DNA of 64,000 nucleotides. Origin: a virus (taxonomy: Duplodnaviria; Heunggongvirae; Uroviricota; Caudoviricetes). The DNA lies in IMG/VR virus record IMGVR_UViG_3300045256_000127. One strand, 5' to 3'. A model generated the notes under the pieces. The model was not told where the DNA came from, made no database searches, and worked only from the letters and a program-made list of their open reading frames with translations. Positions 27,788-37,323 of this stretch are shown in pieces. Numbering within the stretch: position 1 is the stretch's first letter; each line of letters opens with the position of its first letter. Both the position numbers and the translations under genes were made by a program.

Positions 27788-29388
27788 TGGCTATCAGCAA
27801 AATGTTGAACGGTTCGCCTATCCTGATGGGCAACAACAACGTGCCGGGCGTTCGCATTCACAAAGAAGTCATGGATGTCATGGACACCATCTTCAGTGAA
27901 TGCCGTAAGTTCGGCCTGGACTTCTACCCAACCATCGTCGAGTTCTTGACCTACGACGAAATCTCCGAGATCGCCTCATACGGCGGCTTCCCGATCCGCT
28001 ACCCGCACTGGAGCTTCGGGATGGAGTACGAGGAACTGTCCCGTGGGTACGAGTACGGCATGCACCGGATCAGCGAGATGGTTGTGAACAACAACCCTTG
28101 CTACATCTACTGCCTGGACTCGAACACGCTGGTGGACAACATCGACGTGATCGCCCACGCCCTCGGCCACAACCACTTCTTCAAGAACAACGTGTTCTTC
28201 AAGGGGACGCACACCGGCATGATGGGCAAGTTCGCCGACCATGCCCGCCGCATCCGTAAGTACATGGCCCGGTGGGGCAAGGAGCGGGTGACGGAGTTCA
28301 TCGACCACTGCCTGCGGCTGAACACGCTCATCGACCCGATGGACAACCTGTATCAGAAGCAGATCAACGACGTGATCGTCAGCGACCACCGGGAATACCG
28401 GACGCCGAACCGCCGTCACGCCTCGTCGAACTACATGGACGACTGGATCAACCCGGTCGAGTACATCAAGAAGGAGAACGAGAAGATCGAAAAGGCGGAC
28501 GCCGCCGACTACCTGGACATCTTCGACAAGCCGAACCGTAACATCTTCGGCTATCTGCGTGACCACGCCCCGCTCAAACCGTGGCAGCAGGACATCATCA
28601 GCATGCTGTACGAGGAGGCAATGTACTTCTCGCCGCAGCGGTTGACGAAGATGTTGAACGAAGGGTTCGCCTCGTACACCGACTACTACCTGATGTGCGT
28701 CCACGGGCTGTGCGGCCTCGGCCAGAAGCGGCACGACATGGGCATCATCCAGTACGCCAAGCACAAGATGTTGGTTTTGGGCGGCAAGTACAGCCAGAAC
28801 CCTTACAAGCTGGGCTTCGAGCTACTGACCGACATCGAGGAGCGGTGGAACAAGGGCCGCTTCGGTCGGGAGTACGAGGAGTGCAAGAGCATGAAGGAGC
28901 GGGCCGAGTGGGACAAGAAGCTCGGGCTGGGCAAGGAGAAGGTGTTCGAAGTCTGCCAGTTCTACAACGACGCCCTGGCGATTGCGGAATTCTTCACGCC
29001 GGACTTCTGCGAGAAGATGGAATACTTCGAGTACAAGAAGTTTAATAACGGCCAGACGAAGATTCAGAGCCGGGACTACCATAGTATTAAGTCGCAACTC
29101 GTCCGGCGTTACATGAATGGCGGGTTGCCAGATATTCGTCTGACCGACCCGAACCACCTGGGCAAAGGCTGGTTCCTCATGCAGCACTACGGTTGCGGGC
29201 TGCCGCTGTACGATCCTTACGCAAAGGAAACGATCACATCGGTGTTCCGCATCTGGGGTAGCCCCGTGGTTCTGGCTACGAAGAACCCGGACGGTGAGGA
29301 ATTCGTCTACCTCTGCGATGGGACGAACTCCGAGAAGGATGTTCACGTCATGAGACGGGCGGACTACGAGAAGGAGTTTGTCAAATGA
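27787..29388 (+). CDS. spoVR: SpoVR/YcgB-family protein
   Basis: Length about 530 aa and several conserved SpoVR blocks (FPIRYPHWSFGMEYEEL, IAHALGHNHFFKNN, WQQDIISMLYEEAMYF). Start ATG overlaps the yeaH stop as TAATG. Confidence 0.8.
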   Translation: MAISKMLNGSPILMGNNNVPGVRIHKEVMDVMDTIFSECRKFGLDFYPTIVEFLTYDEISEIASYGGFPIRYPHWSFGMEYEELSRGYEYGMHRISEMVVNNNPCYIYCLDSNTLVDNIDVIAHALGHNHFFKNNVFFKGTHTGMMGKFADHARRIRKYMARWGKERVTEFIDHCLRLNTLIDPMDNLYQKQINDVIVSDHREYRTPNRRHASSNYMDDWINPVEYIKKENEKIEKADAADYLDIFDKPNRNIFGYLRDHAPLKPWQQDIISMLYEEAMYFSPQRLTKMLNEGFASYTDYYLMCVHGLCGLGQKRHDMGIIQYAKHKMLVLGGKYSQNPYKLGFELLTDIEERWNKGRFGREYEECKSMKERAEWDKKLGLGKEKVFEVCQFYNDALAIAEFFTPDFCEKMEYFEYKKFNNGQTKIQSRDYHSIKSQLVRRYMNGGLPDIRLTDPNHLGKGWFLMQHYGCGLPLYDPYAKETITSVFRIWGSPVVLATKNPDGEEFVYLCDGTNSEKDVHVMRRADYEKEFVK

Positions 29389-29903
29389 GTGAAGTCGTCG
29401 TCCCTTCACCAACGGTAAAGACCCCTCTACCCGAGGGGTCCGTTGCCCATGAGGGATTGGAAGTCATCGAAGGTTTCCTCAATACACTGGTTACGCAGTG
29501 GGAAACCGAGTACCAGAGCAAGAGCAAGTGGCTCTGGTTTTTCAAAGCCAAAGTCGGGCTGGCTAAGTGCGCCCGGTTCGTCGCCGGGGCCACGGACGGA
29601 TTCATCGTTCTGGCCGAAAGGGTGGGCGAAGCGGGGAGCGGACGGGCAAAGAAGACGCTTGTTACGAATGCCCTGGACCGCCTTTACACGAAGGTCGTGC
29701 AGCCCAATCTACCTTTGTGGCTGAAACCCGTGGGCTGGCTGATCCGGCTCGTGGTGATCCGGTTGATCCTCAGTACACTGATCGACTTCTGCGTCAGCAA
29801 GTACAACCAGGGCGATTGGAACGCCGAAAAGAAGGAAGCGGAAGTCCAGGCTTTGATCGCCCAGAACTTGATCTCACAAGGACTCAAGAAGCAGCAGTTT
29901 TAA
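29385..29903 (+). CDS. hypothetical protein (hydrophobic segment near the C-terminus)
   Basis: ATGA overlap with the spoVR stop. Confidence 0.45.
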   Translation: MSEVVVPSPTVKTPLPEGSVAHEGLEVIEGFLNTLVTQWETEYQSKSKWLWFFKAKVGLAKCARFVAGATDGFIVLAERVGEAGSGRAKKTLVTNALDRLYTKVVQPNLPLWLKPVGWLIRLVVIRLILSTLIDFCVSKYNQGDWNAEKKEAEVQALIAQNLISQGLKKQQF

Positions 29904-30241
29904 GCAACGCCGAGGGTGCCCGGTCCTGCGGGCATCTGATTCTGAAGCTCCGGTTCGCCCTGCGGGGTGGGCCGGGGCTTGTTTTTCCACCCGTCCCAAA
30001 TCTCGAACATTCGGTCACAAACTTTCTTCAGTTCACCCTTCTCGCCCTTCATGGCGTGGCGGATACGCTCCATGTGCCCGTCGATGGCCTGCACCCGGTC
30101 GAAATGCTCTTTGGGCTTGGTTTTTATCTCGTGCGAGTTAATTTGGGGCTGAAGGCCGGTGCGGATGACTTCCGCAGAAGCGGGCATCGCCGACGCTTTC
30201 GCCTCTAACTCTTCGTTCTCTAGCCACTGTCGGAATCGCAT
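29900..30241 (-). CDS. hypothetical protein
   Basis: Minus-strand ORF, convergent. Confidence 0.4.
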   Translation of the reverse strand: MRFRQWLENEELEAKASAMPASAEVIRTGLQPQINSHEIKTKPKEHFDRVQAIDGHMERIRHAMKGEKGELKKVCDRMFEIWDGWKNKPRPTPQGEPELQNQMPAGPGTLGVA

Positions 30242-30340
30242 GGAGGTATCTACTGGACAACTCGAATTTTCTTTGCTAACATTCCCCTGTTAACTGATCG
30301 CCGACGGTAAGGAAACCTCAAACAACGTAAGGAGACGACG

Positions 30341-30988
30341 ATGGCGAAGAAGAAGACCGCAGTAGCAGCACAGGCAGTGGAAACCCCGGTTCTCGTGGAC
30401 ACGGTGCCGGACATCTCGAACCTGAGCGAAGACGCCCTCAGCCAACTGATCTCGGCTGCCAGCACCCGGCGGTACGAGTTGCAGAACGCCGGTTCGGCCG
30501 AGCGGGAGGAGAAGTACAACGAGGCGAAGAAGTCGGACAAGGTGAAGGCTCTCAAGGCCGAACTGAAGGAACTCAACAAGGAGTTCGCCGCTCTCTTGAA
30601 GAACGGCCACAAAGTCACCTACCAGCTTCCGCTCACCCTGACCGTCACCATCGACGCCTACGACGCCGACTACAACGGCGGCACGCTGGCCGAACAACTC
30701 GCCAACCAGGACTACTCCGACGTGGATTGGGACAACCTGTTCCAGATCAGCGTCGAGGGCGACCTGGGCCGGGGCGAACTGCCGAAGGACGTTCACTCAC
30801 TGATGCAGGAGAACCTGGAGAACGTGCTGGCAGACGCCTGCAATGAAGTCGCCCGGCTCACCCCGGACCTGACCAAGCAGTTCGACGCCTTCTGCAAGAA
30901 GGTCAACAAGTTCTCGGCGAAGGTCGTCAAGGCTGCCGAGGAGGTTGACCCGGACGGCTACCACTCGGTCGCCGACCTGCTCGACTAA
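30341..30988 (+). CDS. hypothetical protein
   Basis: RBS TAAGGAGA. A stem-loop follows at about 30998-31028. Confidence 0.5.
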   Translation: MAKKKTAVAAQAVETPVLVDTVPDISNLSEDALSQLISAASTRRYELQNAGSAEREEKYNEAKKSDKVKALKAELKELNKEFAALLKNGHKVTYQLPLTLTVTIDAYDADYNGGTLAEQLANQDYSDVDWDNLFQISVEGDLGRGELPKDVHSLMQENLENVLADACNEVARLTPDLTKQFDAFCKKVNKFSAKVVKAAEEVDPDGYHSVADLLD

Positions 30989-31058
30989 GCAGTAACCCCG
31001 ACGGCACGGGACGTTCCCGTGCCGTCTTCCCCCTCTACCCGTTTCTACAAGGAAGAAC

Positions 31059-33008
31059 ATGGACTTCGTGTTGTCCCACCCCTGGCTGATGGTAGGTGCG
31101 GGGGTGGCGTTCGTCCTCCTGCTCCTGGTCTGGCTCGGCGTCCGCTTCGTGGCGAACGACCGACTGGCAATCGTGGAAAAGCTGTGGGGCAGCAAGTCCC
31201 TCAGTGAAGGCGACATCATCGCCCTCAACGGCGAGGCGGGCTTCGAGCCGGACGTGAAGCGTGGTGGCTTCCACTTCGGCTACTGGCGGTGGCAGTTCAA
31301 GTTCCACAAGCGGAAGCTCATCACCATCAAGCAAGGCAAGATCGGCTACGTCTTCGCACGGGCCGGGAGTGCCCTGGCCCCGACCCAGACACTCGGCACC
31401 GTCGTCGAGTGCAACAACTTCCAGAACGCCCGTGCGTTCTTGAACAACGGCGGGCAGAAGGGTCGCCAGCGGGCCATCCTGCGTGAAGGCGTGTACGCCA
31501 TCAACCTCGCTGTGTTCAGCGTCATCGCCGACGACGGCGTGTACAGCCTGGACAACGACCGGAACCTGGAGTCGTGGCGTGAGCAACTGACCAACTGCCA
31601 CGGGTTCGACCCGGTGGTGGTCGGGCAAGACGCCGACGACATCGGCATCGTGACCACCCAGGACGGCCCGGCTCTGGATCAGGGCGAGATCATCGCCCCG
31701 GCCGTCGGGACGAAGAAGGACGACCCGAACTACCACTCGAACTTCCAAGACATCGAGAAGTTCCTGGCCGCAGGCGGGCGGCGTGGCCTCCAGTACGCCG
31801 TGCTGCTGGACGGGACGTACTTCATCAACCGCTGGTTCGCCGACGTGGAACTGAAGCCCAAGTTCGTCGTTCCCATCGGGAACGTCGGCGTGGTCGTCAG
31901 CTACTACGGCAAGCAAGGGACCGACACGAGCGGCACCAAGTTCCGCCACGGCGAGCGGGTCCACGAGGGCGAGCGGGGCGTGTGGGAAACCACGCTCGGT
32001 CCGGGCAAGTACCCGTTCAACCCCTACGCCGGGAACATCGTCCTGGTGCCGACCACGAACTTCGTGCTGCACTGGATCACGGGCAAGTCGGAAGGCCACA
32101 AGTACGACGAGAGCCTGAAGTCCATCGACCTGATTACGAAGGACGCCTACGAGCCGATCCTGCCGCTGAGCGTCGTGGTTCACTGCGACTACCAGAAGGC
32201 TCCGAACGTCATCCAGCGGTTCGGTGATGTTAAGCAACTCATCACCCAGACCATCGACCCGCTGCTGTCCGCCTTCTTCCGGGACGTGGCCCACAAGAAG
32301 ACGATGCTGGAACTCGTTCACAGCCGGGACGAGATTCAGAAGCAGGCTCGTGTCGAACTGCGGGACAAGTTCCAAGAGTTCGACATCGAGTGCATCGACG
32401 TGCTGATCGGTCGCCCGGAGAGTGCGAAGGGCGACGACAAGATCGAGAACCTGCTGGAACAACTCCGGCAGCGGCAACTGTCGCTCGAACAGATCGAGAC
32501 GTTCGGGAAGCAGGAAGCGGCTGCGGAGAAGCAGAAGTCGCTGAACGACGCCCAGAGCCGGGCCGTTCTCCAGAAGGAACTGACGGCATCGGCGATCAAG
32601 ATTCAGATCGCCGCCAACGACGCCGAAGCGAACCTCGCTCGGGCGAAGAAGGAAGCCGAACAGACCGTCGTCACCGCAGAGGCCGAAGCCAAGAAGCTCA
32701 GCCTCGAAGGTAAGGGTAAGGGCGAACTGATCCTGAGCGTCGGCCAGTCCGAGGCCGAAGTCCTCCAGAAGAAGATCGCCTCGTTCGGCGACAGCAACCT
32801 GTACGCCCTGAGCGTCATCGCCGAGTTCCTGTCCAAGAGCGAACAGCCGCTCGTCCCGGCGACGGTGCTGGGTGGCGGCGGGGACAACGCTGGCGTCCTG
32901 AGCCTGCTGATGAACCTGATGGTCAAGGAGAAGATCACGCCCCGAGACGACGGCGTGACGTTCCTCAGCACGAAGAACGGCAACGGGCACGTCGTCGAAA
33001 AGAAGTAA
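31059..33008 (+). CDS. flotillin-like SPFH/Band-7 protein (YqiK-like)
   Basis: N-terminal TM (WLMVGAGVAFVLLLLVWLGV), SPFH domain, then a long Ala/Glu coiled coil (AEAEAKKLSLEG...) and a GGGGDNAGVLSLLMN tail as in E. coli YqiK. Confidence 0.75.
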   Translation: MDFVLSHPWLMVGAGVAFVLLLLVWLGVRFVANDRLAIVEKLWGSKSLSEGDIIALNGEAGFEPDVKRGGFHFGYWRWQFKFHKRKLITIKQGKIGYVFARAGSALAPTQTLGTVVECNNFQNARAFLNNGGQKGRQRAILREGVYAINLAVFSVIADDGVYSLDNDRNLESWREQLTNCHGFDPVVVGQDADDIGIVTTQDGPALDQGEIIAPAVGTKKDDPNYHSNFQDIEKFLAAGGRRGLQYAVLLDGTYFINRWFADVELKPKFVVPIGNVGVVVSYYGKQGTDTSGTKFRHGERVHEGERGVWETTLGPGKYPFNPYAGNIVLVPTTNFVLHWITGKSEGHKYDESLKSIDLITKDAYEPILPLSVVVHCDYQKAPNVIQRFGDVKQLITQTIDPLLSAFFRDVAHKKTMLELVHSRDEIQKQARVELRDKFQEFDIECIDVLIGRPESAKGDDKIENLLEQLRQRQLSLEQIETFGKQEAAAEKQKSLNDAQSRAVLQKELTASAIKIQIAANDAEANLARAKKEAEQTVVTAEAEAKKLSLEGKGKGELILSVGQSEAEVLQKKIASFGDSNLYALSVIAEFLSKSEQPLVPATVLGGGGDNAGVLSLLMNLMVKEKITPRDDGVTFLSTKNGNGHVVEKK

Positions 33009-33091
33009 AGAAATTCGGCTAGGAAGCCGATACAATGGGCACGGGCGAAGATGCCCGTGCCTGTTTTGTTTCCAAACCAGGGAAGGTTAAC

Positions 33092-34462
33092 ATGTCGAAT
33101 ATGAAGCACCCCATCATGGGGTACGAGAACCTGCACCGCCACTCCGAGTACAGTCTGCTGGACGGGTTCGCAAAGGTCGGCGAGTACGCCGCCTACTCCA
33201 AAGAGGCAAACCAGCGTTACCTCTGCATCACCGACCACGGCGTCATGGGGGCCGTTCCGCAGCAGGTCGGCGAGTCCGAAAAGCACGGCCTGAAGCCCAT
33301 CTTCGGCATCGAGTTCTACATCAACCCGATGCAGCCCAAGTCCGAGTACCGTGAGCAGAACGCCGAATTCCGTAAGGGGTTGGGCACCGAGGAAGAACAG
33401 AAGCGGTTCGACAAGAGTCACCACCTGCTCGGCATCGCCCGCACCAACCAGGGCTACACCAACCTCGTGCGGCTGAGTACCTGGGCCTGGGTTCACGGCT
33501 ACTACCGTCGGCCCCGCATCAACCACGACATCCTGAATCAGTACAAAGAAGGGATCATCTTCACGAGTACCTGTGCCAACAGTGAAATCGCCAACGCCTT
33601 CTTCGACCACGGCGAGGAAGCGGGGATGGCGAAGGTGCAGCAGTACATCGACTTCTTCGGGAAAGAGAACTTCTTCCTCGAACTGATGATGCTCGACTTC
33701 AAGATGCAGAAGCCCTACGACGCCTTCCTGCTACGGGCGATGGATCGGTTCGGCCTGCAAGTCCTGCTCTCCACCGACTGCCACTACTGCAAGAAGGAAC
33801 ACGCCCTGAACCAGCGGATGATGCTCATGGTTCAGACGGGCCGGACCATGCAGGAGATCGAAGCCCTCGTCGCTTCGGGTGCGGCCGACGACCTGTTCGA
33901 GCTTCAGGACACGAACCTGTGGATGAAGACCGAAGATGAGATGAACCAGATGTGGGAGGAGAAGTACCAGGACACCATCGACTACGAAATCTTCAAGTGT
34001 GCGAAGGCGAACACGGTGAAGGTGTGCGAGATGTGTGCCGGGGTGCAGATCGACCGGGGCATCAAGCTGCCGATTGAGGAAGACGAAAAGAAGCAGTTGA
34101 TGAAGTTGATCCGGGAGGGCGTGGACCGGCGGAAGGTGCCGATGACCCGCCAGTACCTTGACCGAATCAAGGAAGAGTACCAACTGATCTGTGACAAGGG
34201 GTTCGCCTCGTACTTCCTGATTCAGAAGAAGATGGTGGATGAGGCGTTGCGGGTGTGCCCGGAGATTTACGGGTTTCAGGACTCGTCGATGGCCCGAGGG
34301 CCGGGGCGGGGGTCAGTAGGCGGCTCGCTGGTCGCCTACTGTCTGGACATTCACGATCTCGATCCGATCAAGCACGGGCTGCTGTTCTCTCGGTTCCTCA
34401 GCCCGGCTCGTGGTGGTAAGCAGATGAAAACTCGCTTCTCGCTTAGCCCCTGCGGCGGTTAA
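33092..34462 (+). CDS. dnaE: DNA polymerase III alpha (DnaE) N-terminal fragment: PHP domain to the GPGRGS helix
   Basis: PHP motif LHRHSEYSLLDG. DnaE hallmark GPGRGSVGGSLVAYCLDI...FLSPAR. Ends 16 aa after FLSPAR, before the catalytic PDxDxDF. Confidence 0.8.
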   Translation: MSNMKHPIMGYENLHRHSEYSLLDGFAKVGEYAAYSKEANQRYLCITDHGVMGAVPQQVGESEKHGLKPIFGIEFYINPMQPKSEYREQNAEFRKGLGTEEEQKRFDKSHHLLGIARTNQGYTNLVRLSTWAWVHGYYRRPRINHDILNQYKEGIIFTSTCANSEIANAFFDHGEEAGMAKVQQYIDFFGKENFFLELMMLDFKMQKPYDAFLLRAMDRFGLQVLLSTDCHYCKKEHALNQRMMLMVQTGRTMQEIEALVASGAADDLFELQDTNLWMKTEDEMNQMWEEKYQDTIDYEIFKCAKANTVKVCEMCAGVQIDRGIKLPIEEDEKKQLMKLIREGVDRRKVPMTRQYLDRIKEEYQLICDKGFASYFLIQKKMVDEALRVCPEIYGFQDSSMARGPGRGSVGGSLVAYCLDIHDLDPIKHGLLFSRFLSPARGGKQMKTRFSLSPCGG

Positions 34463-35285
34463 GTGCCCGCATCAGGTGTTCCATAGCAGGCGGCATGGGC
34501 TTCTTCGGAAGTGCCATGCCGCTGTCGTCCATAGCGTTCGGATCGACGGCAGCCGGATCACCGTCCAGGGTCATCTCGTCGCCCATCCCGTCTTCATCTC
34601 CCGGCAGCGGTTCTTCGTCGCCGTCGTGCTGCATCTGGCCCAGGAAGTCCATGTCGTCGTCGCCGAGGGTGGCGTCTTCGTCACCCATCTCGCCGTCGTC
34701 GCCCATGTCCTCTTCGGCGTCCGGGTCGTCCATCCCGTCCATTCCCATACCGTCTTCGTCATCGAATTCGGAGAGTCCAAAGTCCTCGTAAGGCGGGGCG
34801 ACTTCTTCCTTCTTCAGTGCGCTGACGAGCTTGCGGCTCAGGGTCGGGCCGAAGTCCTTATTAGCCATCACTTCGGCAAGGTGCTTGAAGGTGTCGTTGT
34901 GGGTGAACATTTCCGCAACCACCACGCCCATCGCACCACGACGCTTCAGGTCGGCGATCAGGTGTTCGGCCAGGAACGGGTTATCAGCGATGGCGGCGGC
35001 AGCGGCCTTCACTGCTTGAATGCCCTCAGCGGTCGGAATCTTGACGTTCTTGCAGGTCTTCTCCGGGTCGTACTTGAGAGCCGAATCGCCCTCGTCGCCG
35101 AAGCCCTTCGTGGCCTTTTTGAGCTTTTTGCCGCCGTCAGCGTAGTGCTTCGGGGTGTACTGTGCGTTCCCCTTCGGCGGTTGTTTGGATTTGCCGGACG
35201 GCATATCTACTTTGTCAGCGACATCCTTAACAACAGGCTTATCAAGCTTACCGCTGCTGCTCAGGTATTCAGAAAAAATTCCCAT
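34443..35285 (-). CDS. highly acidic Asp/Gly/Met-rich protein
   Basis: Middle region is repetitive (DGMGMDGMDDPDAEEDMGDDGEMGDEDATLGDDDMDF). Basic N-terminus. Confidence 0.5.
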   Translation of the reverse strand: MGIFSEYLSSSGKLDKPVVKDVADKVDMPSGKSKQPPKGNAQYTPKHYADGGKKLKKATKGFGDEGDSALKYDPEKTCKNVKIPTAEGIQAVKAAAAAIADNPFLAEHLIADLKRRGAMGVVVAEMFTHNDTFKHLAEVMANKDFGPTLSRKLVSALKKEEVAPPYEDFGLSEFDDEDGMGMDGMDDPDAEEDMGDDGEMGDEDATLGDDDMDFLGQMQHDGDEEPLPGDEDGMGDEMTLDGDPAAVDPNAMDDSGMALPKKPMPPAMEHLMRALNRRRG

Positions 35286-35339
35286 GTTTTCACCTGTGGT
35301 TATTTAGCACGATCCGACTCATTTAGATCGGAGGTATCT

Positions 35340-35600
35340 ATGAACGAACAGAAAGAAATCAACCTATTCGAGCGGCATGACCCGTTCTCGAACGGCCAAG
35401 TATTCGACGCCAACGCCGTCACCTACGACCAGGACGGGGACTACTGGAAGCAGCTTTACTGGCTCCAGCGGCACATCGTCCAGTCTTTCCGCAAGGCCAA
35501 CCTCCCGAACAGATTGGCTAAGGACTACGCCGCCCGCTACGGCCGAGACATCCTCGACCGGGCGAAGGCTAAGAGCCTCCCGACGGAACCGGCCGTTTAA
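35340..35600 (+). CDS. hypothetical protein
   Basis: GGAGGT RBS then MNEQKEINLFERHDPFS. Confidence 0.45.
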   Translation: MNEQKEINLFERHDPFSNGQVFDANAVTYDQDGDYWKQLYWLQRHIVQSFRKANLPNRLAKDYAARYGRDILDRAKAKSLPTEPAV

Positions 35601-35911
35601 GTATTCTCATCCCAGCAGATGTCCGGGTTGAAGTAAGTGATGTGGGCGGGAGAAGTGGCTTCAAAGTCCTTGAGCCGCTTCGACTTTTTGGCATATCTTT
35701 CATATTTCCGTTGCGCAGCGGACATCTTGCTGGCGGGGTTACACGAACTCGCCAAATTTCCGCCCGTGTAAGGCACGTCTAACACATTCCCGCAGTCCGG
35801 GAACCTAGCCGCCGTTCCGGTCGGCGACTTTCCGACCAACGGCACGATGAACCCCAAAACCGGGGACACGTTCTCGGAACTGTAGTCCGCTTTTGAATCT
35901 GGGCAGGCCAT
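35597..35911 (-). CDS. hypothetical protein
   Basis: AGGAGGA RBS. Confidence 0.4.
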   Translation of the reverse strand: MACPDSKADYSSENVSPVLGFIVPLVGKSPTGTAARFPDCGNVLDVPYTGGNLASSCNPASKMSAAQRKYERYAKKSKRLKDFEATSPAHITYFNPDICWDENT

Positions 35912-35969
35912 ACTCCTCCTTTACGTCCTAAGCCACTCGTGGTAGTATGTAGTGCCAAAGGAGGCACAT

Positions 35970-36272
35970 ATGCGATTAGTAAAACTGCTGCTCGTTCCGG
36001 TCCTGGCCCTCTGTCTGACGGGCTGTGGCGGGTGCCGGGAGCGGCCGAAAGAGGAGCAAGAAGAGAAGCAGCGGCAGTACGTCCCCATCCTGGTGTGCGA
36101 AAAGGACGGGGTGCGGGTGTACAAGGTGTACGACTCGACCGAAGGCGGCACGAGCTACATCTACTTCACCGTGCCCGTCGGGACGACGCACTGGACGACC
36201 GAGGACAGCGAAGGTAACGTGACCCACCACCAAGTTGCCGGTCCGCAGACCGGGGCACCCAAGAAGAAGTGA
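35970..36272 (+). CDS. lipoprotein
   Basis: AAAGGAGG RBS. Signal peptide MRLVKLLLVPVLALCLTGC with lipobox LTGC. Confidence 0.55.
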   Translation: MRLVKLLLVPVLALCLTGCGGCRERPKEEQEEKQRQYVPILVCEKDGVRVYKVYDSTEGGTSYIYFTVPVGTTHWTTEDSEGNVTHHQVAGPQTGAPKKK

Positions 36273-36279
36273 GGACGCC

Positions 36280-36417
36280 ATGCGGTATCACATCTACGTC
36301 TGGTCGGAAGAGGGTGATATCCGGTACTGTAAGTCGGTGAACACGAAGGAGTCGGTGGATGCCCTCCTCTCGGAACTCCGAAGCATCGGCTTCGGGTGCG
36401 AATACCTCGCTTGGTAA
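36280..36417 (+). CDS. possible 45-aa protein
   Basis: MRYHIYVWSEEGDIRYCKS.... Weak. Confidence 0.25.
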   Translation: MRYHIYVWSEEGDIRYCKSVNTKESVDALLSELRSIGFGCEYLAW

Positions 36418-36429
36418 AGGACAACTCTC

Positions 36430-37311
36430 ATGATGCTGGAACTCGCAGTCGCCGACGCCTACGGGGCATGTTTTGAAACCCTGTCGGCAAAGGACATCGG
36501 CGACACGAACGACCTGTCCTACCACAAGCGACTCCAGCCGTCGATCATCAAGCGGGGTAAGTACACCGACGACGCCCAGATGAGCATCGGCGTGGCCGAA
36601 GCTATTCTGGAACGGGACGAGTGGACGAAGCCCTACCTCGCCCAGAAGTTCGTCGATGTCTTCCGCCGTGACCCCCGACGGGGCTACACCGGCCCGTTCT
36701 TCAACATCTTGACCGAGTGCCAGACCGGCGGCGACCTTCTCTCGAAAGTGGACGGCAAGAGCCGCAAGGGCGGCGGCTGCATGAGGGCCGGGCCGTGCGG
36801 CCTCTACCCGACGCTGGAAGAGGTTCAGGAACGGGCCGTCGAGCAGGCGAAGATCACCCACAACTCTGTCGTCGGCGTCATGAGTGCCGCTGCTGCGGCG
36901 TTCATGGTTCACTACTTCGCCTACGATTTGGGAGAGAAAGCCGACCTACGGGAATGGCTGCACAACAACAACTTCCCGTCGAAAGTCACCGGGGCTATCG
37001 ACGACCCGGAGGGCGAGTTCCGTGTTTGGGAACCCGGCCAGAAGGTCGGCAACTTCGGCTGGAGTGTCGTCCTGGCTGCTCTCGCCGCCATCGAGCGGAC
37101 CGATTCCCTGGCCGAGTGCCTGAAGCAGTGCGTGGCCTGGGGCGGCGACACGGACACGGTGGCGACCGTCGCCCTGGCTGCGGCGTCCTGGTCGAAGGAG
37201 ATGAAGAAGGACATGCCGCAGGGACTTGTTGACATGTTGGAGAACGGCAGGTATGGTAGGGACTACCTGATCGAGTTGGATAACAAACTGAAGGCCAAGT
37301 TCGGCCTGTAA
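36430..37311 (+). CDS. ADP-ribosylglycohydrolase (ARH/DraG family)
   Basis: N-terminal ADAYGACFE, hallmark YTDDAQM, and C-terminal GGDTDTVATVALAAAS metal-binding motif. Confidence 0.75.
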   Translation: MMLELAVADAYGACFETLSAKDIGDTNDLSYHKRLQPSIIKRGKYTDDAQMSIGVAEAILERDEWTKPYLAQKFVDVFRRDPRRGYTGPFFNILTECQTGGDLLSKVDGKSRKGGGCMRAGPCGLYPTLEEVQERAVEQAKITHNSVVGVMSAAAAAFMVHYFAYDLGEKADLREWLHNNNFPSKVTGAIDDPEGEFRVWEPGQKVGNFGWSVVLAALAAIERTDSLAECLKQCVAWGGDTDTVATVALAAASWSKEMKKDMPQGLVDMLENGRYGRDYLIELDNKLKAKFGL

Positions 37312-37323
37312 ACGGAGTCGGCT

